The notes under the pieces are model-generated. The model made no database searches. It was not told the DNA's origin and saw only the letters and a program-made list of their open reading frames with translations. From contig JBHHUN010000007.1 of the NCBI GenBank assembly GCA_046753765.1, positions 1 through 57,134 on the forward strand: a DNA stretch of 57,134 bases. Direction: 5' to 3'. Positions 18,750 to 27,149 of this stretch are shown piece after piece. Each line of letters starts with the position of its first letter. Positions within the stretch are counted from its first letter, which is position 1. A program made the translations under genes and the position numbers. Origin of the DNA: Candidatus Dojkabacteria bacterium. GTDB taxonomy: Bacteria; Patescibacteriota; Dojkabacteria; B142; OLB20.

Positions 18750-19418
18750 TCAGATCTTACTACCAATCTTGTACTTTCTTTTGAGCTCACTGATCTTTCC
18801 CTTTTTGATAAGATCAGTTTCGTCTCTTCTATCTGTCCGGCTTTGGATGTTCGACTTGCTCAGGTGATATTTCGCTCTGGTTAAACCGTGCTTTCTCGCC
18901 TCAGCTCTACTCATCGGTAAGGAAAGCGCCTGGAAAACAATCTGACAAATTCTCTCCCCGGGATAGATCCTAATAATCTGCTCACCTGTTTTGTTAACTA
19001 TAGGTATAACTAACGAGCCTTTGTAGCCGACATCAATAATGCCTGTCAGATCTACAGCAAGCCCACGTCGATTAATAGAAGAACGTGGGTACAGAACACA
19101 CATGATATCCCTTGCCTTGAGGTCAATTCGCTCAAGTGTTGCACCAATTACTGACTCGCCAGGGAGAAGCTCAAAATACTGCCCCTGTTTTAATGAAAGT
19201 TTGTCAAAGTTTTGACCATTTACGTTCTTATCAAGTGGATCTATAGAGATAGCTTTCCTGCCTTCTTTTGTTAAAGTCCATGTTTTTGGGATTAAAAAGT
19301 CAAATCCAAGACGCAGATCGATTGCGTGTGGCTGTACCTGAAAACCATCCAGTGGGGGCTCAAAGACAAGCTCATTTGAATCTATTCGAGCAAGAATTTC
19401 GCTGCGGGTAAGGACCAT
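18750..19418 (-). CDS. dcd: dCTP deaminase
   Basis: QPHAIDLRL, PRSSINRRGL, IIDVGYKG, YPGERICQ. Confidence 0.92.
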   Translation of the reverse strand: MVLTRSEILARIDSNELVFEPPLDGFQVQPHAIDLRLGFDFLIPKTWTLTKEGRKAISIDPLDKNVNGQNFDKLSLKQGQYFELLPGESVIGATLERIDLKARDIMCVLYPRSSINRRGLAVDLTGIIDVGYKGSLVIPIVNKTGEQIIRIYPGERICQIVFQALSLPMSRAEARKHGLTRAKYHLSKSNIQSRTDRRDETDLIKKGKISELKRKYKIGSKI

Positions 19419-19945
19419 TATTTCAGAACTTCATAATGTAGAAGTAATGTTCCCCGCTCATTGAGCTTCTCAACCGATTCTAGTTTGAGAGCTACTTCAA
19501 GTTTTTCTGCGCCTGCCAGGTGTATTCCAGCACCAAACACTCTAGGTTCGATGGTCAGGTAGATATCGTCAACAAGTCCAGCTGCAAGAAACTGATTGTT
19601 CACGTTACCACCACCAATTAGAGCAGCGTGTTCAATATCCTTTTTTTTCAGGATCTCATAAATCTCTTTTGCACTTCCGCTGACAAACTCAGTAGTTTCA
19701 GCATCAATCTCAGAGAATTTTCCTGAGTCACTCGTGAGAACAACATTGTGTCTTTCAGCTAATGCCTTAGCTCCAGCCGCCCTAAAGGTATTACTTCCTA
19801 ACACTACAGTGCCTATCCTCTTCGTCATCTCCCGAAAATGAATTCTGTCTTCTTTTGAATTCCAGGTAAAACTGTTCTCGTCTGCACTTCGGGCAATCAC
19901 ACCATCAATAGAGGTCACCATTATGAGGGTTAGTTTCAATATCAA
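19418..19945 (-). CDS. folA: Dihydrofolate reductase-family protein (FolA/RibD-C fold)
   Basis: IMVTSIDGVIA, W.SKEDRIHFREMT, VLGSNTF, LIGGG; TTG start; TAATG overlap with dcd; adjacent to thyA. Confidence 0.8.
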   Translation of the reverse strand: MILKLTLIMVTSIDGVIARSADENSFTWNSKEDRIHFREMTKRIGTVVLGSNTFRAAGAKALAERHNVVLTSDSGKFSEIDAETTEFVSGSAKEIYEILKKKDIEHAALIGGGNVNNQFLAAGLVDDIYLTIEPRVFGAGIHLAGAEKLEVALKLESVEKLNERGTLLLHYEVLK

Positions 19946-20069
19946 AACCTAATGAATATCCGTCATTGTAATCTTTTTTCTTCAGTAAATTCAATTAATC
20001 CTTGAATAAATATTTTTATTACTGCTATATTGTCACCAGTTTATAACTCCTAACCCTAGAACAATTCGA

Positions 20070-20570
20070 ATGGGTAAACTCAAAGCTAAAAAACGTTTGC
20101 GCCCCAGCTGGGATGAGTACTTTCTGGACATTATGAGTGCAGTTTCTAAGAGAGGAACCTGCGACAGGGGTTATTCGGCTTGTGTTATTGTTAAGGATAA
20201 AAGAATTCTAACAACCGGTTATGCAGGTTCCCCTGAGGGCCTTAAGCACTGCGATGAGATTGGTCACGAAATGAATGAAGTAATACATAGCGATGGGACG
20301 AAGTCAAAACACTGCATTCGTACCTCTCATGCAGAGCAAAATGCTATCGCCCAGGCTGCAAGGTTTGGAATTCCAATTGATGGGTCATCGATTTACGTCA
20401 ACATGGAACCATGTTACACCTGTGCAAAGATCCTGATTAACGCGGGTATTGCAAAAGTTGTCTGCAACAAACGTTATCACCAAGCTCAACGCTCAAGGGA
20501 GGTTTTGAAGGGTGCAGGAGTGGAGCTAGTTGTTCTGCATGATGATAATGAAACCTACCCTGATCAGTAA
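20070..20570 (+). CDS. dCMP deaminase (ComEB-like)
   Basis: RPSWDEYFL, HAEQNAI, EPCYTCAK. Confidence 0.93.
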   Translation: MGKLKAKKRLRPSWDEYFLDIMSAVSKRGTCDRGYSACVIVKDKRILTTGYAGSPEGLKHCDEIGHEMNEVIHSDGTKSKHCIRTSHAEQNAIAQAARFGIPIDGSSIYVNMEPCYTCAKILINAGIAKVVCNKRYHQAQRSREVLKGAGVELVVLHDDNETYPDQ

Positions 20571-21391
20571 TGAAACAGTACCTCGACAGCCTACAACACA
20601 TTCTCGATCACGGAAAACACCGTCCAAACCGCACGGGGGTTGACCAAATTGGCGTTTTTGGTATGCAGATGCGTTTCGATATGGCAGACGGATTTCCCGC
20701 AGTGACTACAAAGAAGCTCTTCATGAAGGGTATTATCGGCGAACTGCTGTGGTTTATAAGCGGGAGTAGTGACAACAATGATCTAAACAAGATGGGCATT
20801 AAGATCTGGGACGGAAATGCCAACGCAGATTACTGGAAGGACAAGGCGAAGTTCCCAGGTGATCTTGGAAGAGTCTACGGTGTACAGTGGAGGCATTGGA
20901 GAACGCCAGAAGGTAAAGAAATCGATCAGCTTGCTTTGGCTATTGAGAAGATCACAAAAGACCCCTTTGATAGAAGAATTATCGTAACCGCCTGGAACCC
21001 CGGAGAGCTGGACCAGATGGCCCTTCCACCCTGCCACCTCTTATTCCAGTTTTATATCGACGACGGCAGGCTTTCTTTGCAAATGTACCAACGTAGCTGT
21101 GATATGTTCCTCGGAATACCATTTAATATTGCCTCCTATGCACTTCTTTTACATATGGTCGCTCAGGTCACAGATCTTAAACCTGGAGAGTTCGTCCACA
21201 CACTTGGTGATGCGCATATATATGAAAACCACATAGATCAGGTAAAGGAGCAACTAGGACGCAAACCATATGCCTTGCCAAAACTAAAGCTTAACGAGAA
21301 GATTAAGGATATAGATGCATTTACGGTTGAGGATATTGAACTTGGAGATTACAAGCACCACCCCAGTATAAAGGCCAAAATGGCAGTCTAG
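20570..21391 (+). CDS. thyA: Thymidylate synthase
   Basis: DLGRVYGVQWR, MALPPCH, QRSCDMFLGIPFNIASY; TAATG overlap with the deaminase. Confidence 0.98.
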   Translation: MKQYLDSLQHILDHGKHRPNRTGVDQIGVFGMQMRFDMADGFPAVTTKKLFMKGIIGELLWFISGSSDNNDLNKMGIKIWDGNANADYWKDKAKFPGDLGRVYGVQWRHWRTPEGKEIDQLALAIEKITKDPFDRRIIVTAWNPGELDQMALPPCHLLFQFYIDDGRLSLQMYQRSCDMFLGIPFNIASYALLLHMVAQVTDLKPGEFVHTLGDAHIYENHIDQVKEQLGRKPYALPKLKLNEKIKDIDAFTVEDIELGDYKHHPSIKAKMAV

Positions 21392-21442
21392 TTGTACTGC
21401 AGAAGTCTTCGCGGTAAACTATGCACATAACAAAACGCGGAT

Positions 21443-22570
21443 ATGTGTGGCAGGATAATCAGATTTCTACTCTCAGCCATTGCAATCTTTCTTGTATTCC
21501 TGGGCATCCTGCTGCTTGCGCTCCGAATTCCACTGCTTAATGCAAACACCTACAAAACCGCACTCGAGAACTCCGGGATCTATAGCACAGCAAGAGAGCA
21601 GGCAGAGGCGTTTCTACTTCCCGATAGAGAAGATGAAAAGACAGCTGGAGCTTACGTGTTTCTTGATCCTATCCTTGACAACCTAGATATTGAAGAGGTG
21701 CTGAGAACGACTGTCAACAATAACCTAGACAACTTTTTCTCATGGGTGAATGGCACCTCTGAAAAACTGACTATATACTTTCCCCGAACAACTTTAGTGC
21801 AAAGCTTTAAATTTGAAGAGCTAGAAGCAAATCTTATCTCGGAGTTTCGTGATCAGATAGCTGAGCTTCCTGAGTGTACAGAGGCAGAGCTTCTGGAGCT
21901 AAAGAAAAATGAGACCGGAGAGGAATTATTCATTCCTGAGTGCAGACCACCCGGAGAATTTGACGATGTAATAGCTGCTAGCCAGGAAGATCTCCTTGAT
22001 GAGATCAAAACTCTTTTTGGCGAAGAAAACCCGGTGGAAGTTGCTCTTGATGAAGCGAACCTTGGCCACCTAAATGAATCGACTGACCTCAGGACACTGA
22101 TCGAGAACCAACCTGGCACAAACGCAGGTGAGGCGCTCAACAGCCTTGAGCAGATACGCAATTACGTGTTTTATACATTGATTCTCGGTTGGGCACTGAT
22201 CTTTGTTGCCGCGCTTCTGCTTGTCATAGTTATCATCACTGGGAAACTCTCAAACAAAGGTACACTGACTACGATCTCCAATATCTTCCTTGTCGTTGGT
22301 GTCCTGTTGACTGTTGTAGCATTCCTTGGGATGCGTCTCCCCGACATGATACTCCCCTTACTTGAACAACAGCTTATGAGTGTTCCTGTTGAGACAGAGG
22401 CATTTGCCAACATTGCACAATCGGTAGTGGAAGAACTTATACCAGTGGTATTTAGACTCCCGCTGTTTGTCGGGTTGTCCATCTTTTTCGTCAGCCTGTT
22501 GATGAGGATAGCCAGCTTACTGATGAAAGATGAACCTGTGACAGAGACAGTTGGACAAAAACAATCTTGA
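21443..22570 (+). CDS. Membrane protein, paralog 1 (N-terminal TM, large extracytoplasmic loop, 3 C-terminal TMs)
   Basis: Hydropathy pattern; LPECTE...FIPECRP Cys pair; similar to the next gene. Confidence 0.8.
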   Translation: MCGRIIRFLLSAIAIFLVFLGILLLALRIPLLNANTYKTALENSGIYSTAREQAEAFLLPDREDEKTAGAYVFLDPILDNLDIEEVLRTTVNNNLDNFFSWVNGTSEKLTIYFPRTTLVQSFKFEELEANLISEFRDQIAELPECTEAELLELKKNETGEELFIPECRPPGEFDDVIAASQEDLLDEIKTLFGEENPVEVALDEANLGHLNESTDLRTLIENQPGTNAGEALNSLEQIRNYVFYTLILGWALIFVAALLLVIVIITGKLSNKGTLTTISNIFLVVGVLLTVVAFLGMRLPDMILPLLEQQLMSVPVETEAFANIAQSVVEELIPVVFRLPLFVGLSIFFVSLLMRIASLLMKDEPVTETVGQKQS

Positions 22571-22619
22571 TTTATCTTATCAAATGAATATAAAATATAT
22601 TTAATATATCCTACTAGGA

Positions 22620-23816
22620 ATGTTCAAAGGTCTGATTAGGTTTCTACTTGGGGTTTTATCAGTGGTTTTCATCTGCGCTGGACTTCTTATCCTGACAGTG
22701 CGACTGAGGGCATTTGACCCCGACACTTATAAGCTCGCTCTTGCCCCTTCAGGAGTTTACAAAGAATTTCGTTTCCAACTTGAAGAGTTTCTGCTAGCAA
22801 ATTATGCTGCAACCCAGTCAAAGGAATCAGCTATAGAACTGGCGATACTGGAAGAAATCGACTTCAAATCTTTTACCGTCCCGGCTGGGGAAAGAAATAT
22901 TGACAACATTTTTTCATGGCTTAACCAGGAGCAGACACACCTTGGGATATACATTCCCCGGCAAGCGGTTACTGAAAAACTATCAAATCCTGAAATAAGA
23001 TCGAACATTTCAAGCCAACTGGATGCATTGTTAGACCAACTGCCTCCTTGCCCTGAAGACACACAAGATATCCTTGCTCAAACTAGTAATAGTCCTGATT
23101 TAGAAATGAGTGACCTAGCCGTATTTCCTGCCTGCATTCCCTCTGGTGGTGAGGTTACTGCTACTGAAGTCAATCTTGAATTAGAGAAATTTTTCACAAA
23201 ACTCTCGAATGAGAATTTTGTTGATAAGGTCACGGGGCTGGCTGAGTTCACTGTTTCTTCAGATGAAACAAATATAATGCAAATACAATCTCAACTTCCT
23301 GCTAAAACCAGACTTCGGATGCAGGCTAACCTTGAAACAGTCAGGAATTTAGCCGAAACTTTGACAGTAATTGGCTGGACCGCAATTATTATCGGAATTG
23401 TTATGCTACTTCTCGTCATCTTCCTCAAAAAGTTCAACTGGCGCAATATGCTTCTCACAATTTCTACGGTATTTATCCTTGCGGGGCTGCTAACCTTGAT
23501 AGTTGCATATTTCGGGAACTCGTATCCGGAGACAATGCTCGAATATATCCCTGAATACATACTCAAGAACAGTCAGCTTACACCCCAGATGGCTGCGGCG
23601 GCAAAGAACTTTCATACAAGTGCCATATCAAAACTATTTGAGATGAGTCTTTATACCGGTGGAGCAGTGTCTATAATCGGGTCAATCGTTTTCCTCGCGG
23701 CGAAGCTAATGCCAAAAACTAAAGGGGAGAGACGAAGATCGACAACTATTGGGCAGGGCTTACCAACAGATGATGATCTCGCACCTAAACTGAAGCCAGG
23801 CTTACAATCTGTATGA
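22620..23816 (+). CDS. Membrane protein, paralog 2
   Basis: Same layout; DTYKLALAPSGVY, NIDNIFSWLN, LPPCPE...VFPACIP. Confidence 0.8.
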   Translation: MFKGLIRFLLGVLSVVFICAGLLILTVRLRAFDPDTYKLALAPSGVYKEFRFQLEEFLLANYAATQSKESAIELAILEEIDFKSFTVPAGERNIDNIFSWLNQEQTHLGIYIPRQAVTEKLSNPEIRSNISSQLDALLDQLPPCPEDTQDILAQTSNSPDLEMSDLAVFPACIPSGGEVTATEVNLELEKFFTKLSNENFVDKVTGLAEFTVSSDETNIMQIQSQLPAKTRLRMQANLETVRNLAETLTVIGWTAIIIGIVMLLLVIFLKKFNWRNMLLTISTVFILAGLLTLIVAYFGNSYPETMLEYIPEYILKNSQLTPQMAAAAKNFHTSAISKLFEMSLYTGGAVSIIGSIVFLAAKLMPKTKGERRRSTTIGQGLPTDDDLAPKLKPGLQSV

Positions 23817-23842
23817 GAGGCTAGAGAAAATCCCCAAGTTAG

Positions 23843-23868
23843 TTGACAACACCCCCTGGGGGTGTTGT
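23843..23868 (+). promoter_or_regulatory. -35 box overlapped by a perfect 11-bp inverted repeat (CsoR-type operator candidate) upstream of gdhA
   Basis: TTGACA at 23843-48; ACAACACCCCC-T-GGGGGTGTTGT at 23846-23868. The matching -10 is weak. Confidence 0.65.
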
Positions 23869-23891
23869 ATTTCGCTTTTAAGGTTTACACA

Positions 23892-25127
23892 ATGAATAAC
23901 CCACTTGTAAACGCACACAAGCAGCTTGAAAGTGTCGCTTCCTTAATAAAGCTGGAGAGCTCAATTCTGGAGCGGCTCCAGAATCCAGAGAGGCTTATAA
24001 AAGTATCGATTCCACTTAGGATGGACGAGGGAGAAGACAGGGTTTTAGTTGGATTTCGCTCCCAGCATAACAGCACTCTTGGTCCATACAAAGGTGGGGT
24101 CAGGTTTCACCCTGATGTTACAGAAGATGAAGTTGTAGCACTCTCAATGTGGATGACCTGGAAAACAGCAACTGTAAACCTGCCATACGGTGGCGGGAAA
24201 GGTGGCGTTATAGTTGACGCGAAAGCCCTTAGTGAACACGAGCTTGAGAGACTTGCCAGAGGGTATGTACGTGCTCTGGCAGATTTCTTTGGACATGAGA
24301 CGGATATTCCAGCTCCAGATGTAAATACAAACGCACAGATAATGGCTTGGATGAGCGATGAATACAGCCGGATTGCAGGAAGCCACGGGAGTAAGCATAC
24401 ATTCACTGGTAAGCCTGTTAACCTTGGTGGTTCACTTGGCAGGGAAGAAGCCACCGGACAGGGAGGTGTATACGTACTCAATGAGCTCTCTGCAGATTTC
24501 GAAATAGATCCCAATGAAACAACCATTGCGGTCCAGGGAATAGGAAATGTCGGGTACTGGTTTGCAAAACTCGCGTCTGACAACGGATACAAAATCATCG
24601 CCATATCAGACTCACGTGGTGGCGTATATAACGCAGAGGGCATGGATATTGACAAGGTTGCCGATCACAAAAAGAAGTACGGCAATTTAGCAGATTACTC
24701 TGCCAAGAGCATTGAAAACAAAGACCTGCTTGAACTGGATGTGGACATACTCGTTCCATCAGCCCTGGAGAACGTAATAACAGAGGAAAATGCTGCCGAC
24801 ATAAAGGCAAAATATATTATAGAAATGGCAAACGGGCCAATCACACACGAAGCTGAATCTATTCTTCTGGATAAAGGGATAACAGTGGTTCCCGATATTC
24901 TTGCAAATGCAGGAGGAGTGACTGTCAGCTACTTTGAGTGGGTTCAAAACAGGATGGGTTTTCACTGGACACACGGTGAGGTCCTCTCAAAACTGCAGCC
25001 AATTATGGCAGACGCGTATCAACAGGTTACAAACAAAAGCCACAAACTGAGCACAGATCTAAGAATGGGTGCGTATGCCGGTGCAGTTGAGAGGGTTGCT
25101 GAGGCAATGAAGATCAGGGGTTTTTAA
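23892..25127 (+). CDS. gdhA: Glu/Leu/Phe/Val dehydrogenase, glutamate dehydrogenase-like
   Basis: GPYKGGVRF, GGGKGG, DIPAPDVNT, TGKP, GREEATG, QGIGNVG, NAGGVTVSYFEW. Start reassigned to the ATG at 23892. Confidence 0.93.
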   Translation: MNNPLVNAHKQLESVASLIKLESSILERLQNPERLIKVSIPLRMDEGEDRVLVGFRSQHNSTLGPYKGGVRFHPDVTEDEVVALSMWMTWKTATVNLPYGGGKGGVIVDAKALSEHELERLARGYVRALADFFGHETDIPAPDVNTNAQIMAWMSDEYSRIAGSHGSKHTFTGKPVNLGGSLGREEATGQGGVYVLNELSADFEIDPNETTIAVQGIGNVGYWFAKLASDNGYKIIAISDSRGGVYNAEGMDIDKVADHKKKYGNLADYSAKSIENKDLLELDVDILVPSALENVITEENAADIKAKYIIEMANGPITHEAESILLDKGITVVPDILANAGGVTVSYFEWVQNRMGFHWTHGEVLSKLQPIMADAYQQVTNKSHKLSTDLRMGAYAGAVERVAEAMKIRGF

Positions 25128-25134
25128 CATAGAA

Positions 25135-25172
25135 AATGGTACGCCTGATCATTTCGTACAGCGCGTACCATT
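25135..25172. terminator. Stem-loop between convergent gdhA and trxB
   Basis: AATGGTACGC (25135-44) pairs with GCGTACCATT (25163-72); A/T-rich flanks. Confidence 0.55.
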
Positions 25173-25190
25173 AATTAGTTAGAAGGTAAA

Positions 25191-26165
25191 TTACTCCCCT
25201 GGTGTGTTTGTGTATATATTAGCACTTGTGTCAACCTCTACCCCCTTTTTCTCAAGCCACTTTTCAAGGTCTATGGCTGCCATACATCCCATTCCTGCAG
25301 CTGTAACAGCCTGTCTATAGCGGTGATCGTTCACATCTCCTCCTACAAAGACACCATCAACTGACGTATGTGTGTTGTCTTTGACAACTATATATCCAAT
25401 GTCGTTAAGGTCAACTGCATCTCCAAGGAACTTTGTGCTTGGGATGTGACCTATTGCAAGGAACATACCGTCGACCTTAAGTTCGGTCTCTTCATTTTTT
25501 TCAGTATTCTTGAGCTTGAGTGCTGTGACGTTTGTTTCGTTACCAAGCACCTCCAGGATTTCGGTATTCCAGATAATTTCGATCTTCTCGTTCTCCTTAA
25601 CACGTTGCTGCATTATCTTACTTGCCCTGAATTCACCTCGTCTGTGAATGATATAGACCTTGCTTGCAAATCTGGTCAGGTAAGATGCCTCCTCCATAGC
25701 GCTGTCACCGCCGCCGATAACTGCAACTACTCTTTCTTTATAAAATGCACCGTCGCAGGTTGCACAAGATGACACCCCTTTTCCCCAGAACGCACTTTCG
25801 CTCTCGAGGCCCAGTCTTCGTGAAGTAGCACCGGTAGCTATAATTATTGCTGTAGCCGAATACTCCTCATCACCAACCCATACCTTTTTCACATCTCCCG
25901 AGAAATCAACTCTGTCTACGTTTTTATGGATGATTTCGGTTCCAAACCGTTCAGCCTGTTTCATCATCATCTCCATAAGTTCAGGACCCTGAACTCCCTC
26001 AGGAAACCCCGGGAAATTCTCTACATCTGTTGTAGTCATAAGCTGGCCGCCAAACTCCAGTCCGGCAAACAGTATCGGCTTAAGATTTGCTCGTGCTGTG
26101 TAGATCGCAGCTGTTAGACCGGCAGGACCTGAGCCAATGATTATGACGTCTCTTTTGTCTGACAT
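25191..26165 (-). CDS. trxB: Thioredoxin reductase
   Basis: GSGPAG, GGQLMTT, CATCDG, GGGDSA, YRQAVTAAG. Confidence 0.97.
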   Translation of the reverse strand: MSDKRDVIIIGSGPAGLTAAIYTARANLKPILFAGLEFGGQLMTTTDVENFPGFPEGVQGPELMEMMMKQAERFGTEIIHKNVDRVDFSGDVKKVWVGDEEYSATAIIIATGATSRRLGLESESAFWGKGVSSCATCDGAFYKERVVAVIGGGDSAMEEASYLTRFASKVYIIHRRGEFRASKIMQQRVKENEKIEIIWNTEILEVLGNETNVTALKLKNTEKNEETELKVDGMFLAIGHIPSTKFLGDAVDLNDIGYIVVKDNTHTSVDGVFVGGDVNDHRYRQAVTAAGMGCMAAIDLEKWLEKKGVEVDTSANIYTNTPGE

Positions 26166-26182
26166 ATTGAAAAACTAATAAG

Positions 26183-26524
26183 TTAAGTGTTATTGATTGC
26201 TTCCTGAAGCTCTTCAATAAAGACGTGTTTTGGCCTGTAACCAATAAAGTCACCTATCACTTTTCCGTCCTTAAACAATTTCATGTTTGGAATACTGCGG
26301 ACTTGGTATTGGAAGGCGATCTGCTGATTGGCAGAGACCTGTGTGTCCAGTTTAGTTATTTTAAGCTCCTCTTGCAACTCGTCAGCGATCTCATCGAGAA
26401 TAGGTGCCATCATACGGCAGGGCATACACCAGTCGGCCCAAAAATCGACAAGAACAGGCTTGTCTGACTTAAGCACTTCGACTTCGAAGTCTTTTCCATC
26501 GAGATCTGATGCTTGTTTTGACAT
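26183..26524 (-). CDS. trxA: Thioredoxin
   Basis: VLVDFWADWCMPCR, cis-Pro SIPN, FKDG. Confidence 0.95.
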   Translation of the reverse strand: MSKQASDLDGKDFEVEVLKSDKPVLVDFWADWCMPCRMMAPILDEIADELQEELKITKLDTQVSANQQIAFQYQVRSIPNMKLFKDGKVIGDFIGYRPKHVFIEELQEAINNT

Positions 26525-26559
26525 AAGAACTAATTATAGAAGTAAAATATGTGCTGTTT

Positions 26560-26799
26560 TTAGCTGTTTCTAATCAGTTCTGTAAAGAAACTTCTACACG
26601 CCTCTTCCTCGTTCTCACAGTCCTTAATAAAAGTCCAGAAGTTCTGCTCTATGTATTTTGTCATTACAGAATTAAGTGCAGACCGTGCAGCTTTCATTTG
26701 GGTTATAACTGCAAAGGGATCTTTTTCCTCGTCTACCATCTTCTTTACGCCGTTAAGCTGACCGACGATATTATTTATTAGCTGTTCGTTTGATTTCAT
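26560..26799 (-). CDS. CsoR/RcnR/FrmR-family regulator with non-canonical ligand set
   Basis: IVGQLNGVKKMVDEEKD..VITQMKAARSAL matches the DUF156 helical pattern; the canonical Cys, His and Cys are absent. Confidence 0.8.
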   Translation of the reverse strand: MKSNEQLINNIVGQLNGVKKMVDEEKDPFAVITQMKAARSALNSVMTKYIEQNFWTFIKDCENEEEACRSFFTELIRNS

Positions 26800-26821
26800 A
26801 ATTATAGTAGTAAACTGTAAG

Positions 26822-26851
26822 AGTATAACCGATACCCCAGGGGGGTGTCAA
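26822..26851 (-). promoter_or_regulatory. Promoter of the csoR-like/trxA/trxB operon with G/C-tract operator in the spacer
   Basis: Minus strand: TTGACA (26851-46), CCCCCCTGGGGTATCGGT, TATACT (26827-22); imperfect palindrome GACACCCC-CCT-GGGGTATC. Confidence 0.75.
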
Positions 26852-26917
26852 GGTTACTAGGAGATTTGGCTAAAATATGATAAACAGAACTTTGTCTAAA
26901 GATTGCCTAAGGAATCA

Positions 26918-26989
26918 TGAGCGCGATAGGATTCGAACCTACAACCAACTGGTTAAGAGCCAGCTGCTCTACCATTGAGCTACGCGCCC
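26918..26989 (-). tRNA. tRNA-Lys(CTT)
   Basis: GGGCGCG/CGCGCTC acceptor; anticodon arm GCTGG-CTCTTAA-CCAGT; GGTTCGAATCC; CCA not encoded. Confidence 0.95.
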
Positions 26990-27015
26990 ACTAAATCGTG
27001 TTATCCATTATACAC

Positions 27016-27089
27016 TGCGCCCTGAGGGATTCGAACCCCCAACACCTGGTTCCGAAGACCAGTGCTCTATCCAGTTGAGCTAAGGGCGC
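27016..27089 (-). tRNA. tRNA-Arg(TCG)
   Basis: GCGCCCT/AGGGCGC acceptor; anticodon arm CTGGT-CTTCGGA-ACCAG; GGTTCGAATCC; CCA not encoded. Confidence 0.95.
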
Positions 27090-27149
27090 GCATGACAACG
27101 CATACATCGTCTCAGTGATTTTAACATGGGAGACTTACTCAGGAAAGCC

